From an uncultured virus (IMG/VR IMGVR_UViG_3300018421_000009) (Duplodnaviria > Heunggongvirae > Uroviricota > Caudoviricetes), in the IMG/VR virus record IMGVR_UViG_3300018421_000009: DNA of 64,000 nt. One strand, given 5' to 3'. This document shows, piece by piece, positions 47,301 through 54,182 of this stretch. How positions within the stretch are numbered: position 1 is the first letter of the stretch; every line of letters starts with the position of its first letter. Below the pieces are notes generated by a model. The model made no database searches, had not been told where the DNA came from, and saw only the letters and a program-made list of their open reading frames with translations. The position numbers were made by a program, and so were the translations under genes.

Positions 47301-50216
47301 AACTGCTTTAGCAGAAATTGTATCTAAATTAAAAGGTGTTTCTAAACTGTAAAATTTATTACCGGTATCAACAACAGTGAACTCTCTAGTCTTATTAGCA
47401 CCCGACCCTATCATGTCAGTCCAATAAAATGCTGATTGTTTAGATTTGTCTGATTGCCATTGTTTAATAATTTCGTTTACAACTGTTTTAGCATTTCCGT
47501 CAATGCCAATGTTCGTTGCAATATCAATAAACGAACGTTTGAACTTTGCATATTCTTTTCTTGCATAGCGAAGTGCTTTAATAATATTAAAGTTTTTGTT
47601 AGTAATATGATACATTGCAAGAGGTAAAGCACCACTATGTTGTACAAATTTAGTACCATACTCTGATAAGTCACCAATATCTCTTAGATTGCTTAAACCC
47701 GGAAACTTGCCGCTGAAATTATTAACATTTTCGATAATAGATGCAACATGGTCATTAACTTCACCATATGTAAAATCAACAACATTTTCGTTCAGTGGAT
47801 TATTTTGTAAGTTAATAGGAAATTCGTATTTTCCGTTTTCGTTCTTGTCGGCTTCACTAGTACAGTGTAAAACTAAAATATCGCCATTTGCAAGATTAGA
47901 AGTAAAATGAACATATGCAACGCCGTTCTCTCTATTAAGTTCCCAATCAGTGCGTCTATCATTATTAACAAACACCTTGACATTTAACTCATTAAGATCA
48001 CCACTACGGTCATAAACGTCTACAGCAAAGTCATTACGCTGACCTTCAACAATATATTGTCTAACAACCTTTTGTGTGCTTTCTTGGTATGCTGTTTTCC
48101 AACCACTTACATTTTCATATGTTGTTAAGTCTGTATACTTTCTTAAAGTTGCAACGTCTGTTTGTTGTGTGTAATCTTTTTGATTTTCTTGGTATGTGAA
48201 TTTGTCTGTTAGTAAGTTAAAATTAAAAACAATATCACCACTGTTTTCAATATTTCTATAACTTAATGGAAATCCTAAAACTGTGTCATTTGTACCAGTA
48301 CCTTGTTTATAAGAAAATATTTTTGTTCCAGTAAACGTGTTACTATTATATGTGTCAAACGAGATATCGTCTGCATCATATAAGTTAAACTTCGGTGCTT
48401 GGTTTGATTTTGTCTTTTCTTGTGCTTTTACCCACTTAGTTCCGTTAAACCAATAAATCTGTCCTTGGTTTTGAACTCCTGATGTAACTAGTACAGTTTC
48501 ATCTAACAACGGCTCTGTATCTGGTTCTTCTTTTAATGCAATCTGTCTTTGTCCGTTGTACGAAATAAAAGTAACTTTATAAATTCTACCATTAACACGT
48601 TGGTCAGGGTCTGCTGTAAATAAAACACGCAAACCTTCTGCAAGATCTATACCGTCAACATTATAACCTATCGATCCTTCAATAGTTGAAAACACATCAT
48701 ATGTTTGGGTATCAACAAGGTCAACATTTGATTTAAACTTAGATCCATAATTGTATAATCTTAATCCTGGATCAAATTCAATAATAGGCCTTGTTGCTCT
48801 TGCACTTTGATCAAGATCAACTACTGTATCGTTTGCTTTTGCAACTCTTTCAACAATATCTCTATGGAACCATCTATTATGTCTTGACCATTGGTTTCCG
48901 TCAATTGCCGCACGGTTAATTGTAATATAGTCTTTATCCTTTGGATAGTTTAATGCTTGTCCAAAAGGAAGTCTATCAAAGTTTTCACTATCAAATGGTA
49001 CATACACGTTTGCACTGTAAGGACCAGTAATTTCAAGGTCTGCTTTATTGATTAGTTTAATAGAATCACCAACTCCTTCAACATACCATAACCCTTCACT
49101 ATATTTTGTAGGAGTTACATCACCTAAAAATTCAACAAGCATACCATTTGATAGTTCAACATCAGTACGTGTCTGATAAGTTTTCTTTTGTAAAATCTCC
49201 TCTTCTACATTAATTTCTGTATTCTCTTCGATGTTATAGATAGTAATCAAACCACTTGTGTTAACATCGTCTTTGCTAATATAAAACAACTTGTCTGGTG
49301 CATCCAAAGGAACTGTAAATTTAATAGTACCTTTTTCAACATAAACAGTTGCGGCTTCTACGCCATCTGTAAACAGCGTAGAGATATTTTCTCCATCTGT
49401 AAATCCAGTGATACCTCCTTCTACTGGTTGTACTATGTATTCTCCAGTGTCGTACCCGTCTGCTTCATAAAGTTCAGCATCAAACTTACCTGGTGCTAGA
49501 ACGCCTTCAACAGTCTCTGTGATCAATGCTTGACCTGGGGTAAATGCTCTGTTGGTTGCAAACGCAATAGGATACCCCGGAGTGTCAACTTCAAAGATGT
49601 AAGTTTGACCTTTGTAAAGTTTTAAAGTAGGATTTTGTGTGAGACCATTTGGCGTAAATTTGTATGCTACATTGTCTTCATTCTCCTCTATAGTAACTTT
49701 GAAAGTTGAAACTATTTCTTTGTTTTGACCATATATAGGTAAAACTTGTGGACCATTTGGTAACCAATAGTACTCTCGGAAGTTTGTAAACTTGTCCCAA
49801 TCAATATGCGGATTCCATGCATAATATTCTTGGGCATTAATTTTACTATGATCTTTGTTAGTGTTACCAAACGAACGAAGTTGATTAATATAGTCATTAT
49901 AGTCTTTATAGAAATCTATATTATCAAAATTGTCTTTAATAACAATGGCTGGTTCTAGTTGGTAATCATCACGTTGTTTGCTTACATCATCAACATAATT
50001 GTCAGATGCTGTACGTGCTCTTGCATCACGTCTACCGTAATAGGAATTAAGTTTTTCTACTTCACCTGGTTGGATTAGTTGGTCAAGTGTGCTTGTTAAA
50101 AACTTTTTGTTTGCTGGTGTTCTAAAGTAACGAGGTAGGTGCTTTAAACTGGTTCTGTTTTCTTTTTCATTGCCAGATTCAATTGGAAACTCGTTTTGAT
50201 CATTATCAAAAGCCAT
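35352..50216 (-). CDS. Giant 4954-aa virion structural protein (baseplate wedge gp7-position protein with many accessory domains)
   Basis: Single 14.9-kb ORF directly downstream of the gp6 homolog; FG-GAP-like repeats, short W/F-x-P-x-x-x-Y-x-x-G-x-x-V modules, GxGY..P.V repeats and F-x-GDG-x-T-x-x-F repeats. Confidence 0.8.
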   Translation of the reverse strand: MAFDNDQNEFPIESGNEKENRTSLKHLPRYFRTPANKKFLTSTLDQLIQPGEVEKLNSYYGRRDARARTASDNYVDDVSKQRDDYQLEPAIVIKDNFDNIDFYKDYNDYINQLRSFGNTNKDHSKINAQEYYAWNPHIDWDKFTNFREYYWLPNGPQVLPIYGQNKEIVSTFKVTIEENEDNVAYKFTPNGLTQNPTLKLYKGQTYIFEVDTPGYPIAFATNRAFTPGQALITETVEGVLAPGKFDAELYEADGYDTGEYIVQPVEGGITGFTDGENISTLFTDGVEAATVYVEKGTIKFTVPLDAPDKLFYISKDDVNTSGLITIYNIEENTEINVEEEILQKKTYQTRTDVELSNGMLVEFLGDVTPTKYSEGLWYVEGVGDSIKLINKADLEITGPYSANVYVPFDSENFDRLPFGQALNYPKDKDYITINRAAIDGNQWSRHNRWFHRDIVERVAKANDTVVDLDQSARATRPIIEFDPGLRLYNYGSKFKSNVDLVDTQTYDVFSTIEGSIGYNVDGIDLAEGLRVLFTADPDQRVNGRIYKVTFISYNGQRQIALKEEPDTEPLLDETVLVTSGVQNQGQIYWFNGTKWVKAQEKTKSNQAPKFNLYDADDISFDTYNSNTFTGTKIFSYKQGTGTNDTVLGFPLSYRNIENSGDIVFNFNLLTDKFTYQENQKDYTQQTDVATLRKYTDLTTYENVSGWKTAYQESTQKVVRQYIVEGQRNDFAVDVYDRSGDLNELNVKVFVNNDRRTDWELNRENGVAYVHFTSNLANGDILVLHCTSEADKNENGKYEFPINLQNNPLNENVVDFTYGEVNDHVASIIENVNNFSGKFPGLSNLRDIGDLSEYGTKFVQHSGALPLAMYHITNKNFNIIKALRYARKEYAKFKRSFIDIATNIGIDGNAKTVVNEIIKQWQSDKSKQSAFYWTDMIGSGANKTREFTVVDTGNKFYSLETPFNLDTISAKAVYVYLNDTQLLHNRDYTFTSEGFIKITDSVDLQLEDTILIYEYESTDASYIPPTPTKLGLWPLHIPRKFVDNSYQTPQTVIKGHDGSITKAYGDYRDDLILELEFRIYNNIKVKYDVNILDIDSFVGHKNRDTGFTRQDVNDIIITDFIEWLSIAGDPDYSAVDFYDRTNQFTWNYSTMQDPDGKALPGFWRAIYNEYLSTDTPHTTPWKILGYVEMPSWWEEVYGPAPYTNNNAILWEDLEAGRVREPNKPIRYRPNYARKGLSKTIPVDDRGNLVSPYESGYARGLIVPETNKQFVFGDEAPVETAWRRGSEYPFSILTAWLIHQPAKLIGLGFDRARIIRNTANQVVYSTTSKRVTPSSIVFPNGTDATVRVTTAGLVNYLFNYINADVTKLNETYSEEVTNIKCQLGFKVGGFTQKSKFKLLLDSRTPSNKGNVFIPEENYDIFFNVSSPVETVAYSGVIVEKRPNGYVLKGYDKSKPYFTYFKHLERAADPVINIGGVSANFLEWVPGERYQKGQIVRNGDTFFRVQVSGTFDSFNTNNFVKLAELPIDGGAEGILRRTFELGESKLLYGTLLPTRQDVIDFLLGYGKYLEKQGFSFENFNQEIETIENWELSAREFLFWTTQAWNDGSLITLSPSAIKLQFARDNAIVDNLFDNFYDYTLLKADGRKLREDFANTIRSNKNEFGLTLKNTADGIYFVKLPLVQKEHVVLIDNKTVFNDVIYNPAPGYRQARIKVLGYRSTGWNGSFDIPGFTYDNVVIKDWEPNTDYAIATVVKHKTFYYSAKYKIPGTTDFNDEDWIRLPEEPKSYMIPNFDYKANQFADFYDLDTSNFDSEQQKFAQHLIGYQNRTYLENVINDDVSQYKFYQGMIQDKGTKNSLIKFFDALSNTDKSSLEFFEEWAFKVGQYGASEGFDEVEFKINEADLRLQPQPFQLVNQIDPLATDLVYRYIPSDVYSKPTNYNHAPFPTKTLDESKTYIKTAGYVTEDDIDFKVTNYDDILDLDVKSISVGQYIWVAKRFQTFDVLRQSETDLKVTKIINSDSSQSIEITTRKTPKLEKDDIIGVLGTTPSTNRFYKVKRVSLNTIYAETSGEIEDAEETSGFIVRLESVRVPNLSNINEKVTRNNYTPNEKIWIDSDENGSWSVIQNSNSYSVQKQSFNATLAGVLGTDERGFGTSISANEINSIVAIGAPGVTLPGRVDLHFRASENLPLVLSQELDCPPNLFTGEESFGQSTAVTTDGKFIFVGIPYASNAKTNYKGNFNPGATYEDGSIVKYTNQFWRAKATVEPEDPSLDFNSFSSHVEQQVTTYDGENYDDFYFILRGNHTFVEDLADHVLIRAPKLQYDGTQIGDTLHLKWNDKNTRYPSGVQPFNGNQTLSGDFFTGEHLITEKVDDILLIDNTQAIPSVNETVSSDVAVGKVAYAYTTGDNRTIIYLKETNGDFANTGTLELGDIVVGDYERPVQQDDPAFGGWWRIDVGSSFVSTITIESKPFLVIKDIVTASQPRTPNSYANTYDSVDDLLDPGVPSYIETLTFIGDSGFEISDRWAFRLPKSIETDFAVGDTFKFWFNELRGLDNSLQQPTVLSPELTFAYLNRTDHVVDDIWNGWIEINLTNFDNSGSPTEGDQDYNPNYGNPYIPVVGDIVRDNDTLATAEVTYVEKVFNDLRLWLKNVSGTFKKGSEFGNISSISIVEGSQGAGVIRLVGTTKARYFNSNSLGPIIVVNRGENLTVGTARTLQNFEYWVYKTDILQGIPRSANPPSATNNDWARVYNVTATSVGTASNYTRQGAVAIYEKNNSNFYNLLEVLITPDADNYRHFGSKIDLVTNADGTYSAYISSRGNSTFVQPGRINTYNYSSSKGWVLGVDENYRGDFNTTVSYFEGEYTKYADKIYQANTNLIPGAFDSNDWTEIQTGVDLNGFIPNNTGFIVGEDSAIDSTNLYEFGVNYDVSDNGQVLATIVKYGDTIDSSIATPKLAIYRKLNGHFLFDQLIDAPNAGIGFGECVSVSKNGRWVVVGAPRYSEEYTNQGAVFVYQSINGRFQQVQILTGPKGLSNEKFGSTVVYDTDRLVISSAGGDLTSVTEFDDNTTVFDNGTTLFNTTLTDTGEVFVFELTGDRYVYGDKLELSDPRALYFGKILYAKGNHIYAGLPSYVREETTVPGSVIDFRSSPNARLWEKIRQDRQVVDLDKFKGILLYDETTKQTDEYIDFIDPLQGKIAGPAEVELSFKTTYDPASYNVATTNAVVKDVTTYNTTNLVGKLWWDIDAVRFINPYANTGSIFSVSNTFNTVFPGTEVEIYEWVETELTPEQWDEQADSEEGLTQGISGKSKYGMEAYSTRRVYDEPAQKFTTYNYFWVRNKVTVPNVPGRTLSAASVQQLISNPSGAGYKFATMLKNNEWTLHNLQSSIKGDSTILKFSYWTIPYTDRNVHNQYRILTDGLETSRPKSDLELKWFDSLIGFDGQGREVPDRFLSLKDKYGILNNPRQGMFVNRIEALKQFIERVNSVMLKYILIDEFDLSPLTSSDPKPTLASRRYDLEIDSEKELDYVSVGKVQPAVLSATIQDGRVLRVDIISSGRGYKTVPTVELVSATGEGADIRLTINNVGAVTEAEVINQGQNYLQTDRISVRKFTVLVTSDSTYSNRWSLYEYVGGTIPWNRIVSQSFDVDPYWYYTDWYAENWNALTKTDFVIDNPYELESINDTFGDIVKINNVGSGGWLMLRKIDDQPNVDYTVNYQTIGRENATIQFSKALYDFSEDLVGYDSFGYDDSAFDLIPVQELRIILQTIRDNIFIDNLAIHYNELFFAQMRYVLTEQNFVDWMFKTSFIKAKHNVGKLRKDITFNNDWLPSYEAYVEEVKPYKTKIREYLSTYESLEETGTTVTDFDLAPFYSDVKGRIIPRTEKVIDDTIQGTAITDYPAKHWLDNASFKIKDIDIADAGSGYENAPGVEFVGGGGSGAKAIAYVGGGKITEIKITNPGTGYLSAPEIILNGSVADGGKVGRAVAIIGDTNLRTTHMTVKFDRVTGTFFITSLEETESFVGTGGKYSFKLKWPIDVRTDKVTVTVAGDEVLSGEYNVTNIDDSNGRTHSRKIGQLTFDAPPANNKSIVIEYRKDINLLTAADRINLFYDPQTGQLANDLGQLLDGIDYGGVQVKSFDFGGGSGWSADAWFTSAYDTYDNTFEDEVFRIGDDSTRVYDFSNPLETGIEYNVYLNGTRIDDPNFNTVNQTNPNALIPSITGAGQTGFILIDDGTQVESTVIKFDEEIVTVQSSDVLVIRKNTSDGSFVPDPRAYDTIITGGDLAYSTASGINPEDINIDGDGFVTPTTSKGPEELIPGQVLDTLDIKVFDRVGEGGSIIESVSYVGNGTKKVYDFLGLPQSKDAVFVKVNNIIIYNYTVDYKNKQITFATAPALNDEVNIVTMSGNGNLILDMDVFEGDGSTIQFVTRVDWKENLNSIVTVNGERVNYVLETTDSSYDTANKVVISFGAPPAEGSVINYAVYASNAQTFSEIKTDVLEADGSTATYNLSITPFSSLPSSHNLIVKVGDKILNAGYNESFIVDNRVEYPLRNWQQPGGTLGANDILVLLNGVELTYTSDYIFRPANSSIEIFENVKIPGAKLDIYVTTDGEYTVSGNAVTLNDVPAEFTPIRVTHFSKHDVQQINRKNYDIVTRTTLNFESAGEIEYNHLLAGLIRLERQTIDAEYVWIVVNGVLQTPSVDYKVTNDRLFVRMAQPLNENDVVEVIQFAEDGPTVAKFGFRQFKDMLNRVVYKRLGDVNKYRLLRDLAPLDKEIIVENGDSMFIPDKTNNVPGVVFINGERIEYLVKDGNSLQQLRRGTLGTGVKDIHNIGDELFDQGFQQTVPYQDKTLVNTFNGDGVTTDFNLDWMPRSVNEFEVFVGGKRLRKAAIPMFDATLNQDSPEGDVTAPAEFSVSTGVLTLVTAPSDGVRITVVRRVGKVWNDPGKTLGKTENAIAQFLRAEEVDLPK

Positions 50217-50221
50217 TACTT

Positions 50222-53200
50222 TTAACTTCCCCCAGTATTAGTAGATGATTGAATTCCAGCATTATCGCTTGTAGCATTTGTTACTACTGCACCTGATGCT
50301 TTCAATCTTGATGCTGTAACGCTGTCAATAATTTCAACGTTATCAACTGTGGCACCTGAAATAAAAATTTCGTCATTTTCTGATGTAATTTCATATAAAC
50401 TACCAAACGCTCTTCCGGTTTGGTTTGGAACTAGAACAACAGTTTGTATATCTGGAGTTAAACTTGTCATGATATATGTTGCTAGTTCTGAAAAACTAAA
50501 CTTATCTCCAAAGTCCCAAAATTCTAAACTAAAGAATTCATTTACTGCTTGAATTAAACGTAACTTAACATCATTGTCATTTGTTACAATATCAGGGTTC
50601 TTAACAACTTTAAATGTTGCTTGTAAATCAACGTCTGCTTTGTCTCCAAATAACACTTTGTACTTAACTGGATGATAAATTACTTCGTCACTAATTGATT
50701 TAATCTTATTAATATCTTGACCAAAGTTTTGAAACAGTTCATCGCTACTTGGCGGTAATGGTTTACTAGATGTTACACCACGTAGGTATTCTCTAAAGTT
50801 TCTGTCATATGTTTTAGTTAACAAGTATGTGTCTATCATGTTAGTACTACTTGGATCTAATCTATTATTTTCATCTGCACTATGAACATATTGGAATTTA
50901 ATATCGCTTCTTCCAACATATGCTTTATAGTTTGTAATTAACGTTAACGATGATGTTGTTTCGCTATATTGCTTAAACACATCAGCATCCATAAAGTAAA
51001 AAATTGTACCGTCATTGTACGCCGATAAAGGACCTGTTGCTGTTTCACTAGTTCTTACAATAATGTTATAAGCAGTAGGATTAACTAAATTAAAGTTTGT
51101 TGACTTGTTATTAGAAATTTCTTCTTTTAAGAATACAAATTTATCTGCTGGATTCACGCTAGGAGCAACAAAATCTAAAAACAGATCCGGATTATCAATA
51201 ATTCCATCAGAGTCGGAATCAAAAAATCCTACTTCAACCTTTTTACTGTTTACATAATTCTCTTCATCTCTATACTCTTTTGTAACTTGCCAAGGGTAGT
51301 CAACCGTTAGTGGTTGAATACTATCTGGTTGTTTGTTAATTGACATAATGTTAATTTTGTCTTTAATAATTTTTCCTGTTTTACTATCATAAATCTTATC
51401 TGTTTCATCATAGTAGAACTTAACCTCTTTGTCACTTTCAAAGATATAGCGTACACCTCTGTATGTTACAGTATATTTTTCACCGTCAGTTTCAAATAGC
51501 AGTAACCAACTTGAATCTAAATTTTGATTTGAGTTATCACCGGATTTACCCATGTTAAACGCATTACTAATATTAAGGTTATTGTTTAAAATTACTCGCC
51601 ATTCTCTATCAGTTAAACTATAGCGTAAACCAAATGTTTTGTAAGCAAAGATTTGTTCAATCATTTGTGAAATAACACTTGCTGTTAAATTTGTTGCAAA
51701 CTTAGGTTTAATCTCATTAAGAATTGCCCCTGTCGGAATAATATCATTAAGGATGATTGCGCCTTCGCCATCTACAGTATTTTCTGTTCCGTCATCGTTT
51801 ACACGAATAACTTTAGTCCAAAGATATGTAACTGCTCCTGGATAGTTTGCATCACCAGTTACAATAGTATTATTGTCTCTAGTATCAAAATGTGAACCTG
51901 TAGGTGCTACAAATTTAACAATAGACCCTGGTTCTAAAAATCTTAATGTACTACCTGTAAATGTTCCAACAGTGTATTTTACATCAGCATTATCAGTTAG
52001 GTAACCGCTAGAGTTATTAGTTTGGCTTGCTACTTGTGTCCAACTTGCAGATAAGTCGCCTGCTGATGTTTTTGGAAATTGACTTAGGTAAAAGTTTTGT
52101 ACAAGAGTGTTTGTTAGAGTAGGTTCAATTACGTTTATAACTGCACCTTCAACATCAGTTCTTGTTTGAAAATTAAAACTAATTTTTTTATCTAATATTT
52201 GACGATAAACTGCACCATCATCACCGTATATATTTGTGCTTGAATATTTTCCTGTAGAATCAATTAGATCAAAGTATCGACTAATACCACTTGATGTTCT
52301 GTTTATTGCTTTAACTTTAACAACTTCTTGGCTAACACTTAACGGTGCTACTTGATAGTCTTCGCCAGTAATCATTCTATTTTGTGTATAGAAAGTTGCA
52401 GGAGCATTCTGTTTAATACTTGTGCTTGTTTCTGTAGCACTAGCATTATCAACAGTATACTTTAATGCCATTGTTATGTTTAATGTTTCGCCTTGGCCTG
52501 CTCTGCTAACATAAGGAATAGTAATATTAATGTTAGTCATTGTTGCAGGAGTAACTGTAATCTTACTTCCTAAGCCTTTTCTAAAATAACATCTAAAAGT
52601 TCCTTTTGGCATTTCACCAAATGTACCGTCAGCAAATAATAAAGTAATGCGATCGTCAATTCTACTTAAAACTGTGTAAATGTTTTTTTGATTTTTACTT
52701 AAACTATTGTAGATAACATTGTTGCCTTCTACTGCATCAACTTTAGTCCATAGGTTTTGTTCGTTACCATTAGAATCTAATTGGTATAACCAAACGTCAC
52801 TATTGTTAATTCCAGTTGTGTCAATTTGCACTGCTTGATTTGGTGTAGGATTCTTAACTGTAAATCCACCAGTATCTAAAACACCTTGACGGAAATGTGC
52901 AAAATATCCACTGTTAGATGATCCTGCACCTTTGCCATCTTCTCTATATAAGAATGCAAAACTATTTCCTGGTAATGGATCTTCTTCATAAATTTTGTCA
53001 GCATCAATTGAACAACTTGTTACTTCAAATGTTACATTCTTTTCGCCTACGTTTTTATTAAAACTGTAAACTGGCAAGTTTGTATTTGAAGCATTAAATC
53101 TATATTGTTCTGTTGTAATGCCATTAATTATTTCTTTCTTAATTGGTTTACCAATAATACCGTTTTGAGGTAAAGCAGAATTTAAGATTTTACGGAACTG

Positions 53201-53662
53201 TTCTGGCCATTCAGGATTACTCGGATCATTCCAAATAATTGTTTGGCCGGATAAATTAATACCGTTTGAATCTGTAATATCTTCTGTTGTACTAATTGAT
53301 TCAAATTTTAATAAACCGTTAGCAGACTGGTTACGCTTAGGATTATAGGAAAGTAGTCGTGCTAAACGTAACACAGATTCTCTACGTTCTGCTAATTCAA
53401 GGAAATTTTCTCTTGCATTTAGATCTGTTCTGAACGCTAGGTTTTGCCCGAGGTAAGCAATAAGGTCAATTAGTGCAAGATATTCTGAGGATTCGATGTA
53501 ATCATTAAAATCTTCAGGATAATTTTCCCTTAGATAGTTGATCATTGTTCTACGTAGACTGTCAAAGTCATATGACTTAAAGTCTGCGTTTCTAAATGTT
53601 TGGTATACTCGCTTCCAATCTTCTGCAAGTAATAGCCTATTTTGTCTATCAGTTGTTGACAT
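50222..53662 (-). CDS. Baseplate wedge protein, T4 gp6-like
   Basis: DFDSLRRTMINYLR..FNDYIESSE..LIDLIAY..ENFLELAERRESVLRLARLLSYNPKR; FADGTFG..P; ET..SIKQNAP..YTQNRMITGEDY. Confidence 0.88.
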   Translation of the reverse strand: MSTTDRQNRLLLAEDWKRVYQTFRNADFKSYDFDSLRRTMINYLRENYPEDFNDYIESSEYLALIDLIAYLGQNLAFRTDLNARENFLELAERRESVLRLARLLSYNPKRNQSANGLLKFESISTTEDITDSNGINLSGQTIIWNDPSNPEWPEQFRKILNSALPQNGIIGKPIKKEIINGITTEQYRFNASNTNLPVYSFNKNVGEKNVTFEVTSCSIDADKIYEEDPLPGNSFAFLYREDGKGAGSSNSGYFAHFRQGVLDTGGFTVKNPTPNQAVQIDTTGINNSDVWLYQLDSNGNEQNLWTKVDAVEGNNVIYNSLSKNQKNIYTVLSRIDDRITLLFADGTFGEMPKGTFRCYFRKGLGSKITVTPATMTNINITIPYVSRAGQGETLNITMALKYTVDNASATETSTSIKQNAPATFYTQNRMITGEDYQVAPLSVSQEVVKVKAINRTSSGISRYFDLIDSTGKYSSTNIYGDDGAVYRQILDKKISFNFQTRTDVEGAVINVIEPTLTNTLVQNFYLSQFPKTSAGDLSASWTQVASQTNNSSGYLTDNADVKYTVGTFTGSTLRFLEPGSIVKFVAPTGSHFDTRDNNTIVTGDANYPGAVTYLWTKVIRVNDDGTENTVDGEGAIILNDIIPTGAILNEIKPKFATNLTASVISQMIEQIFAYKTFGLRYSLTDREWRVILNNNLNISNAFNMGKSGDNSNQNLDSSWLLLFETDGEKYTVTYRGVRYIFESDKEVKFYYDETDKIYDSKTGKIIKDKINIMSINKQPDSIQPLTVDYPWQVTKEYRDEENYVNSKKVEVGFFDSDSDGIIDNPDLFLDFVAPSVNPADKFVFLKEEISNNKSTNFNLVNPTAYNIIVRTSETATGPLSAYNDGTIFYFMDADVFKQYSETTSSLTLITNYKAYVGRSDIKFQYVHSADENNRLDPSSTNMIDTYLLTKTYDRNFREYLRGVTSSKPLPPSSDELFQNFGQDINKIKSISDEVIYHPVKYKVLFGDKADVDLQATFKVVKNPDIVTNDNDVKLRLIQAVNEFFSLEFWDFGDKFSFSELATYIMTSLTPDIQTVVLVPNQTGRAFGSLYEITSENDEIFISGATVDNVEIIDSVTASRLKASGAVVTNATSDNAGIQSSTNTGGS

Positions 53663-53683
53663 CTACTTTCCTCGTTGTATTAG

Positions 53684-53691
53684 TATTTATT
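53684..53691 (-). promoter_or_regulatory. Putative late promoter AATAAATA
   Basis: Intergenic; upstream of a GAGG SD and ATG 53662. Confidence 0.65.
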
Positions 53692-53717
53692 TGTTTGAAT
53701 TATCTGAACACTTAATT

Positions 53718-54164
53718 CTATACTATAAATCCAGCGTTCTGATCAAACGAGAATTTCAACTGTTCTGAGATATTATATGGTAGGTATGTTAACTCGCACT
53801 CAATTTGAATGCCACTTTCATATTGGTCAACAATAACCCTTTGAGCGTTAACTCTTGGATCCGCATTAATAATATCTGTTACATTAGTTACTATAGCGTT
53901 TTTAAGCGTTTCAGTCATAGGTTCAAACAAAACGTCCCAAATAATTGTTCCGAATTCAGGGTTTTCTAACTTCTCTCCTTGTCTAATATGAAAATGGTTT
54001 AGAAGATCTTGCTTGATAAGACCTATATCGTACAAAGTATAACTTGTGTTGTCAGGATTTACAGTACTGAGACCTCTGTAAGCACTTTGCTTAACAGGTA
54101 CCTTAGGAGTTTGCTTATCCGGAACTTTAACTGTTAATACTGTATTTTTTTCTAAACTGCTCAT
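53718..54164 (-). CDS. Baseplate wedge protein, gp25/GPW family
   Basis: IKQDLLNHFHIRQGEKLENPEFGTIIWDVLFEP...DPRV. Confidence 0.9.
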   Translation of the reverse strand: MSSLEKNTVLTVKVPDKQTPKVPVKQSAYRGLSTVNPDNTSYTLYDIGLIKQDLLNHFHIRQGEKLENPEFGTIIWDVLFEPMTETLKNAIVTNVTDIINADPRVNAQRVIVDQYESGIQIECELTYLPYNISEQLKFSFDQNAGFIV

Positions 54165-54169
54165 ATCAA

Positions 54170-54177
54170 TATTTATC
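54170..54177 (-). promoter_or_regulatory. Putative late promoter GATAAATA
   Basis: 5 nt upstream of ATG 54164. Confidence 0.7.
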
Positions 54178-54182
54178 CGTCA

